A stretch of 64,000 nt of DNA from Octopus sinensis (taxonomy: Eukaryota): positions 13,020,001 to 13,084,000 of the forward strand of contig NC_043003.1 in assembly GCF_006345805.1 (NCBI RefSeq), written 5' to 3'. A model generated the notes under the pieces. That model was not told where the DNA came from. It saw only the letters and a program-made list of their open reading frames with translations, and made no database searches. The translations under genes were made by a program, and so were the position numbers. This document shows, in pieces, positions 1 through 13,000 of this stretch. Each line of letters starts with the position of its first letter. Within the stretch, counting starts at the first letter, position 1.

Positions 1-1068
1 TCGTTTAAGAGAGCAGTCGAGTTTCTTCCAGATATTCTCATTTTAAAAATCATCTCTGGCTAATCATCGAGAGGACGTTGGTGTTGCCTTCGCAGAGGTT
101 TTCACACTCTGAGTGCTCTTGTTATTATTACGATTGGTGAAATAACCCTCCCAAGACACAAATATATATATTCGTATGTATATATATATATATAAATTTA
201 AATAATAAGGGTGAAAAATTGAATATTAATTTGATTAATATCAATTTAAAACCAAGGGTCTAGCATGTTGAAAAATCTGAAGATTCAGAAAAATTATATT
301 ACATACATATAAGAAAGGGTGACCACTAAGTGGACATCCATTATGCTAGATGTAGACCTCATATGGTCTGACCACTAAGAAAAGATTATTCTCAAGAAAA
401 TTCAGCAAACGCTGTTTACATGGACATATTCAAACATGAAATGTCATAACTTTCAATCCTGGCTCTAATTTCTGTAGAAAATTTTGTAGAATTAATTTTA
501 AAAAGTGATTCGACACTACTAACTCAGGTAGAACACTGTATTGGCTCTTAAGCCTTTAGTATTATTGTAACGTAGTTATTCGTTGCCAATTATTTTGATG
601 ATCCTTATTTACACCATAACCATGTGGTAACAATAAAGCATATAATGAAGCAGGGTAACAACAATGTAACAATCCAACAAATGCTCCATGAACTATACAT
701 CATCATCATCATCATCGTCTAACGTCCGTTTTCCATGCTGGCATTGGTTGGACGGTTTGACCTGGGTCTGGCAAGCCATGGAGGCTGCACCAGGCTCTAG
801 TCTGATCTGGCAGTGTTTCTACAGCTTGATGCCCTTCCTAACGCCAACCACTCCATGAGTGTAGTGGGTGCTTTTTACGTGCCACCGGCACAGGTCCCAG
901 GGAGGCTGGCTGCGGCCACAATCGGTTGGTGCTTTTTATGAATCAACAAACAATATTCCAACAAGTTATCCAAACAACACTTTATTAATCCTGCGATTAA
1001 TGCCTACTCTCTTACTCTAATACAGACCGCTACTACTTATAGTCGTTTGGTCAATTCTTTTCTCACAG

Positions 1069-1107
1069 GAGGTGGTGTGACTCTTTCCACAACAAATACA
1101 CTTGGCA
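1069..1107 (+). CDS. Probable 39-nt linker micro-exon (xGGVTLSTTNTLG)
   Basis: ttcttttctcacAG acceptor, GTATGT donor, phase 1-1, Thr-rich, joins in frame to exon at 4269. Confidence 0.5.
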
Positions 1108-1350
1108 GTATGTTATAATTGCATAACTAAATATGGTGTCCCTACCGGTAATTAATATTTAAAATTTAACAGATGTTAAATGATGATAATAATGATGACA
1201 TTGAGAAAGCTTCTTTACATTTATACATATACCCATGCATGTACACACACACATATCATCATCATCATCACTTAACATCAGTTATCCATGCTGGCAGGCT
1301 TGGACAGTTTGTGCGTGTGTGTATATATATTGTTATGTTTAGAAATATAT

Positions 1351-1393
<43 letters not shown>

Positions 1394-1594
1394 TATATAT
1401 ATTGTGTCTTGGGAGAGTCATTTTCTTTCTATGCCTTATGATTTAACACACTCACCAGTAAAATTTCCACTTATTTCTTATTTTTATTTTCCTTAATTTT
1501 CATTGCGTCTTGCAACCTTTTCAATAGTCTTGAAGATGATGATCAAAATAAGGATCATCAAAATAAAGAATCTTTCAAACCAAATCCCAAAACG

Positions 1595-1638
<44 letters not shown>

Positions 1639-1878
1639 ATATATATATATGTATATATATATGTATGTATATATTTATATAATTAAGATTCAGTTGAATT
1701 AGGTACTTAAATTGAGACACCTTGCCAATTCAATATATAATATGCACAGATTCAAATAAGGTGTACAGAATGTAAATAAATTACAAGGAGATACAGGTGT
1801 CAATAGATTATGGCTGTTTGAAGCGGCTCCATTTAATTGATCAATGGAAACATTACATCAATTTGAAAGAAACTGCTC

Positions 1879-1917
<39 letters not shown>

Positions 1918-2176
1918 ACATGTAGCCACGAAACATGTGTCGTTATTCTACCAAATATATACGTTTTATTTATTATTTTGCTCATTACTTAATCATCGGT
2001 ATATTATTGTTATGTTATATTAAACAATTTCTATTATATGTAATTTTCTAGATGGTGTAATTTAATTGTTCATTTTGAATTGATAAAAGGTTGTTTTTTC
2101 TAATCTTTATATATATATATATATATGTATATATATACACATACATATATATACACATACATATATATATATATAT

Positions 2177-4121
2177 TGGCCTCCGTGCTGTGGGCACAAC
2201 AAACACCATCCGATCGTGGCCGTTCGCCAGCCTCATCTGGCACCTGTGCCGGTGGCACATAAAGACACCATCCGAAGACCCGGCGACGTAGTCAGTCCAC
2301 CTGTGCATACCTTCCCTCTTATGACACTTGTGAAGACCTGTTGAGGCAAGTGCGTGACACTTGTGAAGACCTGTTGAGGCAGAGGCAAGTGTGTGACACT
2401 TGTGGAGACCTGTTGAGGCAAGTGTGTGACCCTTGTGAAGACCTGTTGAGGCAAGTGAAAATCAAACCAAATCAAAATAGATGAATATCAATGGAATTTG
2501 TATCTTTGTGGTTCCAGTACCGGTGGCACACAAGAAAACCATCCGAAGTGGCCGTAGCTGGTACCGCATCGACTGGCCTCCGTGCTGTGGGCACAACAAC
2601 ACCATCCGATCGTGGCCGTTCGCCAGCCTCATCTGGCACCTGTGCCGGTGGCACATAAAGACACCATCCGAAGACCCGGCGACGTAGTCAGTCCACCTGT
2701 GCATACCTTCCCTCTTATGACACTTGTGAAGACCTGTTGAGGCAAGTGTGTGACACTTGTGAAGACCTGTTGAGGCAGAGGCAAGTGTGTGACACTTGTG
2801 GAGACCTGTTGAGGCAAGTGTGTGACCCTTGTGATGACCTGTTGAGGCAAGAAAATCAAACCAAATCAAAATAGATGAATATCAATGGAATTGTATCTTT
2901 GTGGTTCCAGTACCGGTGGCACACAGAAAAACCATCCGAAGTGGCCGTAGCTGGTACCGCATCGACTGGCCTCCGTGCTGTGGGCACAACAACACCATCC
3001 GATCGTGGCCGTTCGCCAGCCTCACCTGGCACCTGTGTCGGTGGCACATAAAAACACCATCCAAAGACCCGGCGACGTAGTCAGTCCACCTGTGCATACC
3101 TTCCCTCTTATGACACTTGTGAAGACCTGTTGAGGCAGAGGCAAGTGTGTGACACTTGTGAAGACCTGTTGAGGCAGAGGCAAGTGTGTGACACTTGTGG
3201 AGACCTGTTGAGGCAAGTGTGTGACACGCGTGACACTTGTGAAGACCTGTTGAGGCAAGTGAAAATCAATCAAACCAAATCAAAATAGATGAACATCAAT
3301 GGAATTTGTATCTTTGTGTTCCAGTACCGGTGGCACACAAGAAAACCATCCGATCGTGGCCGTTCGCCAGCCACATCTGGCACCTGTGTCGGTGGCACAT
3401 AAAGACACCATCCGAAGACCCGGCGACGTAGACAGTCCACCTGTGCATACCTTCCTTCTTGTGACACTTGTGAAGACCTGTTGAGGCAAGTGACACTTGT
3501 GAAGACCTGTTGAGGCAAGTGAAAATCAAATCAAATCAAATCAAAACAAATCAAAATAGATGAACATAATGGAATTTGTATCTTTGTGGTACCAGTGCCG
3601 GTGGCACACAAGAAAATCATCCGAACGTGGCCGTAGCCAGTACCGCATAGACTGGACTACGTGCTTTGGGGACGTAACAAACACCATCCGATCGTGGCCG
3701 TCCGCCAGCCTCATCTGGCACCTGTGTCGGTGGCACATAAAAACACCATCCGAGCGTGGCCGTCTGCCAGCCTCGTCTGGCACCTGCCAGCCTCATCTGG
3801 CACCTGTGTCGGTGGCACATAAAAACACCATCCGAGCGTGGCCGTCTGCCAGCCTCGTCTGGCACCTGTGTCGGTGGCACATAAAAACACCATCCGAGCG
3901 TGGCCGTTCGCCAGCCTCGTCTGGCACCTGTGTCGGTGGCACATAAAATCACCCACTACACTCTCGGAGTGGTTGGCGTTAGGAAGGGCATCCAGCTGTA
4001 GAAACACTGCCAGATCTGACTGGCCTGGTGCAGCCTTCGGGCTCCCCAGACCCCAGTTGAACCGTCCAACCCATGCTAGCATGGAAAACGGACGCTAAAT
4101 GATGATGATGATGATGATGAT
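2177..4121 (+). repeat. Compound tandem array derived from an RTE 3' UTR
   Basis: About 395-bp units at 2177, 2574, 2967 with nested about 33-bp subrepeats, then 62-bp units (3797, 3859), then RTE tail with (GAT)n. Confidence 0.88.
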
Positions 4122-4268
4122 ATATATATGTGTGTGTATATATATACACATACATATATATATGTATGTATGTATGTATGGTTGGACGGTTGGACATTCA
4201 TGATATGTAAATTCTAGCCATATTTTAGCTTTTGTTGGTAATACATGATAATTTGTTTTATATTCCAG

Positions 4269-4412
4269 TTATCAACAGTCAACATGTATGTGACTTTGAG
4301 AAAGATCTCTGCAACTGGAACAGCCATAAATCCATCGACATAACATGGAAAAGAAAAGAAGGAAAATCAAATAAACACGAAGCAGAGACCTTGGCCGACC
4401 ACACCACAGGAT
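4269..4412 (+). CDS. MAM1 exon a
   Basis: [16 protein letters not shown]...LADHTTG; ccAG / GTATGT; phase 1-1. Confidence 0.9.
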
Positions 4413-7400
4413 GTATGTTCTTTTCCCATTTCGTTCTGAGCTTTCACTGAAAACTTTAAGTGCTGTGCCACTGATTAAAATGTCATGAACTGAAATCTTA
4501 GCTGTGTTCCACCTTACTGTGATAAATGATAATATCACTTACTAGCAGTATCGCCCGGCGTTGCTCGGGTTTGTTTCGACCCTTTAGAATTGGAATTTTT
4601 GAAAAGTAAAAACTTTGCATTATGAAGCTTGTTATTCTCTTTAAGTGAACATTTTTCTGGTTGAAATACACCGAAAAATGGCAACACAGCAGTAAAAAAA
4701 ATCGTAAAAAATAAGGATTTTCATAGAAAAAAAGCACCTTTTTGATGTAAATAATTTTTGGTGTTAACATGGTCCGATTTTAATTTTTTCTTCTACGGAA
4801 GGAAGAGCAAGCCTTTTTCTATCATACTCTCAGTTTTGGTCAATTTGCGCCGCAGGGTCTCGGAGGAGATAGCGTTAGTTGAAGGCTACCAAACCTGCCA
4901 TACACAGACAACTTCAGCCTTATATATATAGGGATTACAGTAAGGTGGTGAGCTGGCAGAGTTGTTAGCATGCTTGGTAGCATTTCATCTGTCTTTGTGT
5001 TCTGAGTTCAAATTCCACTGAGGTTAACTTTGTCTTTCATCCTTTCGAGGTCAATAGAAGGGCAACATATTTCAAGATCCTTTTTGGGTGTAAGCCAAAA
5101 TCTCCCAGTTTAAATGTCCACTTTTCCATGCTAGCATGCATCAGATGAATTCTGTTGAGGCAGATTTTCTACAGCCAGATGCCCTTCCTGTTGCCAGTCC
5201 TCTCCTGTTTCCAAGCAAGGTAATATTTTCCCCCATGGTCAGACATATTTTCTATGGAAGGCTGAAAATTAACAATATTCTTTTCTACTTTGGGCACAAG
5301 GCCCGAAATTTTGGGGGAGGGGACTAGTCGATTAGATCGACCCCAGTACACAACTGGTACTGAATTTATCGACCCTGAAAGGATGAAAGGCAGAATTTGA
5401 ACTCAGAACGTAAAGACAGAGGGAAAACTGCTAAGCATTTCACCCAGTATGCTAACATTTCTTATTTCTTTACTGCCCACAAGGGGCTAAATATTGAGGG
5501 GACAAACAAGGACAAAGGGATTAAGTCAATTACATTGACCCCAGTGTGTAACTGGTACTTAATTTACTGACCCCGAAAGGATGAGTGGCAAAGTCGACCT
5601 CAGCGGAATTTGAACTCAGAATGTAAAGACAGATGAAAAACTGCTAAGCATTTTGCCAGGTGTGCTAACATTTCTGCCAGCTCACCACCTTGGAAATTAA
5701 CAATATTGCTACTATGATGGTGATGCTTGCTTACAACCGTCACTTTCAGTTTCCTTCTACTAAACCAATGCCTAAGTTTTCAGTTGGTTCAGCGCTGTAG
5801 TAGAAGACTCTTACCCAATGTGTTGCACAGTAAGACTGAACCCATGAAACAAACTTCATAACAAAAACTCCATGCCTGCATCTCTTTAATATTCTAGAAG
5901 ACAGTTTTGGTCCAGTATTATTGAAAGATAATCTTATTCTTTATTTTCCAGTTCAGTAAGTCATGTTTAATGTAATTATAAGGTATTACAAAACCAGTTC
6001 GTTATTTGGGATAAAATATACATTCAGTTACATTTACTCATTGTTTGCTTTATATGTATTTAGTCACATTATTAATGAGAACTGGTTCCTATTTTAACTT
6101 GCTGCTGCTCATATCTTTCTTGCCAAACCCATATTCCCTGTGTGGAGGCACATGGCCTAGTGGTTAGAGCAGCGGACTCACGGTCGAGGGATCGCAAGTT
6201 CGAATCTCAGACCTGGCGATGTGTGTGTTTCTGAGCAAAACACCTAAGTTCCACGTGGCTCCAGCAGAAGGTAATGGCGAACTTCTGCTTACTCTTTTGC
6301 CACAAATTTCTCTCACTCTTTCCTCCTGCATCTTGCAGCTCACCTGCGACAGACCGGCGTCCCGTCCAGGTGGGGAACCTATATGCCAAGGAAACCGGGA
6401 AACTGGCCCTAATGAGCCAGGTATGGCTCAAAAAGAAACAAACAATAACATATTCACTGTGTTAATATAAGATCTTGGCATGCAGTTTCCACTTCTCTTG
6501 ACAATATTTCTTTCTTGAGAAAAAAAAAGTTTAAAAGTTTTGTTGTACTTCCATTAGATTTCATTCTAAAATTTTACTTTGTGTTTATTTCAGCTGGCTC
6601 TTACTTACATCTTGAGTACCAAAATCTGACTGAGAAAAATGTTGCCCAGATATTTACACCAGCATTTCTGCAGATGGACAAAAGCTATTGTTTGTCTTTC
6701 TATTATTACATGTCTGGCAAGTTTGACAAAGTCTTGTATATCTATAGATATAGCAATAACACTCAGCTACAAGATGAAGAAGTTATTGCACTTGAAGGTT
6801 CTCAAGATGAAAACTGGAGACTTTTTCAGACATCATTTAAAACTGAAAGAGAAAATCGGGTAAGTAGCGCTTTCCTTCAATGAACGGGGACATCGAGTTA
6901 GATTTTATTGAAGACATGTATGATTGATAGGGTAAACTTAAAATGCTACAATTCTAGTGCATTCTGTTTGTTACTGTAATGTAAAATGTTTTATTACACA
7001 CATGTGAGTGAGAACACTTTGAGATATTTTTGGTATCTAACATATGTCAGATACTGCGAGTGCTGCTTCTGATTGGTCAATCCATGGTGATGACCCGAGG
7101 TCACGGTGACAGCGCTGCTTCTGATTGGTCAATCCATGGTGATGACCCGAGGTCACGGTGACAGCGCTGCTTCTGATTGGTCAATCCATGGTGATGACCC
7201 GACATCACGGTGACGGCACTACTTTTGTCATTCATAAGTTACAACTAAACGTGAAGAATTTAGTTATTGGGTTAATAAAATATGGTCGTTTATTCGTGTG
7301 TAATAAATAAAATACCAAACTCATTCCCTATGGATACCGTATTTATTACAACTCGTGGCTTGTAAACGTATCTAACTCGCTTTCGCACGTTAGATACGTT

Positions 7401-9323
7401 TACAAGTCACTCGTTGTAATAAATACGGTATCCATAGGGAACTCATTTGGTATTCTCTATTTATTACAAATACAATGAAATGCATGGCTCGAGAAGGAAC
7501 AAACAACAACAACATTGTAATTGCCATAGTTTCAACATACATTTTCCAGTTACCAGTTCCATTCATAAGGTATTGGTCAGGCTGAGGCTAAAGAAGAAAA
7601 CACTTGTCCATGGTGACATGTAGCGGGAATCAGCCCAGACCATCATGATTCCAAAATAAGCTTCATAATCACACAACTGTGCCAGAACCCTCGTGCATGA
7701 GAGTAAAATAGAAGGAAACAGCTGTAGAGACATCAATTTGATTAAGCAGGTTATAAATGTAACAGAAAGTGTTTTAGCATAAACTAGCACTATGACCCGG
7801 TGATGCCGGGTCTAGTGCTAGTGCTTGTTGTTCTTTGCCTGGTCGCAGTAAACATTTCTCACTAAATCAAGAGCTAAGTTTCTTATCGCATTTCAGCCTG
7901 GGCCAGTTTTGTTGTTTATGAGCTAGTTGGAGCTTTTTATGAGAGTAATTAATATTCATTGGACTTTTCACACCTGGAATGACATAATCATGGAAAATTA
8001 GCAGGACTGTGTACATGCCATTAGTCGGGCAAAAAAGGAGGCAGAAGAAAGTAAAGAACAAGAAATTGGCTGCAAAATAACTTATGGGCATAAGGGGTCG
8101 GTTTATCGATTATTTTTAATGGCTTTCTGGGGTGACTGGGGAAATGAAAAAGTCTTCACGACCACCCTCAGACAGTTTTGAAAGCTCATAGAAAATGCGA
8201 GCCTTTTATGTGCAAAACTGTGGATTTGTATAAAGGACACACAGACACACAGACATTTTGCCGTTCATAGATATAGAGATGATTAGAAGACATGCAGTTT
8301 GGGTTTGTTCCCAGACAGGGTACATCTAATGCCTTCTTCCCAGTGAGACAACTGCAGGAGATGTATTGAGCTAAGAGTAATAGACATGATAACTAGCATT
8401 TGTTGACCCAGAGGAAGCTTTTCAGAAGATAGAATATTCTGTAGCCTGATTGTTACTGAGAAAACTAAGTGTAAATGAATGTATTGTGAGAGCCGTACAA
8501 ACCATGTACAGAAATACTGTTAACAAGATGAGAGTTGGCAATGAGTTTAATGAGCAGGGAGGTGTGCGTCAAGGTTTGGTTCTCAGCCCTCCCCTCTTCT
8601 TAACAAAAGTTAATATCATTAATCCAGTTAATGCCCTTGTTATTTGGCATCTTGAAAATTTATTCAACTTTCTATTTCAGCTGATGTTTGAAGCTCATCT
8701 GGAAGGGCCCACAGCTGATATTTCTATCGATGATGTACAACTTAAAGAAGGCTACTGTCCAGAGTCAAATGAGATTACAAGTAAGACACATTAAGATATC
8801 CATTTTAGTAAGGAAATGTGACTCTCTCGTTTTTGTTCTACCTTGTATATAACTAGGAAGTTTCACAAAAATGCAACAACTATTCCAGTTACAATTATTT
8901 AGTTGAGTAATCAGACATGTAGTAACTGTTACTGAAGATTAACCCTGGATCTTTACCTTTTGACCGACAGATTTTAAAAATAATTTTTTGTAACTAAACA
9001 CTTTCAAACTTCGGACACTGGTAGAATGTGTCATATAAAACATGTTTTACTCTTAGCATTTTTGAGAAAAACTTATATTTACAAAGCTATTTCACCTTAA
9101 AGTTATCGTATTTCGATAATTTCAACCAATCAATGACGTGTATTCAGCTGAATAAAATTACTACCGTTGTTTGTTAACAACAACTTCCTGCGGTGTATTT
9201 TTCGTTTGTCACTGTTATTTATGATAACCCTAACACTAAAACCCTAACCCTAACATCCAAACCCTAACCCTAATCCTAAAACCTTAAATCTAAAACCAGT
9301 ACAAATGCATGAACAATGACTGA

Positions 9324-9362
<39 letters not shown>

Positions 9363-9906
9363 TAACAATAAAATATTAGGGAATAAATCCAAACTTACAG
9401 GGAAAAATCAGATTTAGGATTGAATCCAATTTTATAGTAAAATACTATATTATATTAATTAGAGATAAAACCACTATTAGGCAAATCAAACAATGAAAAA
9501 CTTAAGCCAATACATAAAATTAATTAATTTATATTATTTTAAATATATATCAAAAGTATTAAAAGTTTAATAAAAGATAATAAGTAAAATACTACGATCG
9601 TTTCATGGCTGTCCAATTCGTAATAATTCGAGTTATGGTTACAGTCAATCTTCAGGTAATTGAAATATTTATCTTAGCGAGGTTTAGCTAAGATATTTCA
9701 ATTACCTAAAGATTGACTGTAAACATAACTCGAATTATTACGAATTGGACAGCCATGAAACGATCGTAGTGTTTTACTCATTATCTTTTATTAAACTTTT
9801 AATACTTTTGATATATATTTAAAATAATATAAATTAATTAATTTTATGTATTGGCTTAAGTTTTTCATTGTTTGATTTGCCTAATAGTGGTTTTATCTCT
9901 AATTTA

Positions 9907-10001
<95 letters not shown>

Positions 10002-13000
10002 ATACATACATACACACACACACATTATATGTATGTATGTATGAATATATATAAAAGTAGATAGTGTGTGTGCTTGTGTATATGTATACATAATATACAT
10101 ATAAATATATACATATGAAAAAATTTTTCTTACTAAATTAAATACCTGTATGTTTGTTTTTTTCTTTAGATTATGAGTCACTGGGGAATAATACAGCTCC
10201 ACCAACTCAGTTACCTTTCTCTTGTGACTTTCAAGATAATATATGTGGTTTTAAGATGATGTCAGGCATTTTGAAATGGAGACAAGGTCATGGCACAAGG
10301 TCTTACTTCAACAATGGGCCCGTGGACGATCATACATTTCGAACTCGATCAGGTAAAGGTTTTCAATGAATACATTAACGAATTCATCATCATCATCATC
10401 ATTTAATGTCCATTTTTCCATACTTGTAATGAGTCAGACAGAATTTGTTGAGACTGATTTTTCTACAGCTGGATACCTTTCCTGCTGCCAAAATAGCATT
10501 TTCCCATAGCTAGACATGTTTTTATTGTGTCTTGGTGATTGGCGTGTCTGGCTTTACAATCTTAAAATCACGAGTTCAACTCCTGGATAAAGCTGTGCAT
10601 CGTGTTCTTGAACAGGGCATTTCACGTGGCTCCAATCTGCTCTGTTGAAAAATGAGTACCGACTGACTGCTGGTGTATGTTGCCTTCTCTCTTTCTCTTC
10701 CCAATTGTCAGAATGTGACAACTGGAGTGAGTATAAGCTAACAGGTTATACTTACCTGTAGTCTTATGGACACACACACACGCACACATTATCATCATCA
10801 TCACCACCATCATCATTATCCTCATCAGCATTGTTTAACGTATGCCTTCCTTGATAGCATGAGTGGGGCAGTTTGACAGGAGCCAGGCAGGCAGGAACCT
10901 GCACCAGACTTCTGTGACTGCGTTGGTAAGATTTTCACAGCTCGATGCCCTTCCTGGCAACATTAAATGATGGCAGCTTTAAATTCCCATCACTGACTCT
11001 TCAAGAATCATATTTCAAAAGATAAACTGATGATGATGATGTTGACGACGACGACGACGACGTAAAAAATGTAGTTAGTTAAAGTTGTTTTTATTTTTTG
11101 TTTTTTTTTTCGTTTTTTGTTTTTCAGGCATTTACTTATATGCATCAGCCCCTTGGAAAAGTAAGAAAAGAGCGGCTCACTTAGTGTCTCCAGAATTCTC
11201 AGGCAAAGATCAAATTTGCGTTCAGTTTTGGTATAACATGTATGGAGAAAATATCAATAAACTCGAAGTTATTATACGGAATCAAACAGTTTGGTATGCT
11301 GCCGGTGACCAAGGATATGGTTGGAAAGTGGCCTATGTTTCCGTATTGCCAGGAGAAGATTTTAATGTAAGTAATCAGTGGAACTATGGCTTATTTTCAT
11401 AGGGTCTCTAGGAGTTGCGTGAGAACTGCAAAGCTGTGTGGGAGTGAGAGATGGAGTCTGAGGGGGAGAGAGATGGTAATTTTGAGAAGGACCGAGAGAG
11501 CAATGGTGAGAGAGATGTGTGGAATGAAGCTGTCTGATAAAAGGAGGATTGAACTCTCGATGAGGATGCTGGTGTTGGAGGAATCGGTGGAATGGCAGAC
11601 AAGGGCGAATGGAGTGTGGTGGTATGGGCATGTGTTGAGGTGGGACGAGGAGCATGTTCTGAAGAGGGTGCTTGATTGCAAGGTAAATGGACCAAGAATG
11701 CAAGGTAGACTGAGGAAAACGTAGAGGGGACAGGTGGAGGAAGAGATTGGGAGGCTTGGCTTGAGAAGGGAGGATGCCCAAAATAGGGCAAGATGATGAG
11801 ACGGTATGAATGCAGTTGCTATGGCATTGAAGTAGATCCAGCCACCCCTGTTATCAGGGACAAAATCGGATTTATTAGGCTGGCAACTAAGTTCCTACTG
11901 TTTTTTAAAATTAAAATTTTTTAAATAGTTTAATAAAAAAAACAACTAATTAATCAATAATGTATTCACCCTTGTTGTTTACAACTTCTCCCCAACATTC
12001 AACAAGATTTTCAATACCTCATTGGTAGAAATCACCCGATTTCAACTCAAAAAACTGGTCTAACCAAGCTCTCAATTCTACATCAGTATTGAACGAAATT
12101 CCACACATAGCATTTGAAAGAGATCAAAAGAGGTGGAAATCCATTGGTGCCAAATCAGGAGAGTACAGCAGGTGTGGCAGCACTTCCCAGCCATGTGTTT
12201 GAATTGTTTCCTTGGTCATATTGGCTATATGAGGGAGGGCATTGTCGTGCAGCAGAAGAACTCCATGCTGCCAATTAGGTCTTTTCTCTTGAATAGCCGT
12301 ATTGAGTCATTCCATCTGTTGAACATAGAGTTTCGCATTGACCATTTGGTTCCATGCAAGCAATTCGTAATGGATAATCCTTTCCCAGTCCAACCATATG
12401 CTATTTTCTTTAGTCAATACATGGTGATTGCTTATAAGTTTTAAGCTTATAAAAATATTACTATTATGTTTCATTTTGTAGGGATAACCCACTTTTATAA
12501 ATAGATAACTTTTATGTATGGATAACCCACTTTTTCTATCGAGGGCTTATATACCCCAGTATTAGACTATTTTCACATGGTGATTGCTTATAAGCTTTAA
12601 GCTTATTAAAATATTATCATTATGTTTCATTTCACATTGCTCTAGTCCACTCAGCTGGCAAAAATGAGTAATCCTGCAACAGACCAATGTCCTGTCCAGA
12701 TAGGGAATATATAAACACCATGTAAATCAGAAAACTGACCCTCTGAGTCTATATGGCTCTGGAAGGAGCTAAGAAGTGAAGCTTATCTCTTTCTTTCATA
12801 CAATTTTTATTTTTATTTCTGATTCTGTGTTGTTATTTTTACCCCCTTTTCCTCCACCATGTGTTAGTTTATTATTTTTTGTTTAGTAATTAAGACTAAA
12901 GCAAGAGGCAATTCAGTTAGCAGTAACTTTTATACCCAATACATTTTCAGATTACCTTCAATGCTTGGAGCAGTCTTAGAAAGACTGGTTATATGGCTAT

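Noticed and set aside
2177-3960. CRISPR-like look of the 33-bp and 62-bp repeats
   Set aside because: No unique spacers, no cas genes, eukaryotic intron context; the units derive from an RTE 3' UTR.
9225-9300. Interstitial telomere (CCCTAA)n
   Set aside because: Short, degenerate and at the end of a dispersed-repeat-like element (about 8935-9300); not a true array.
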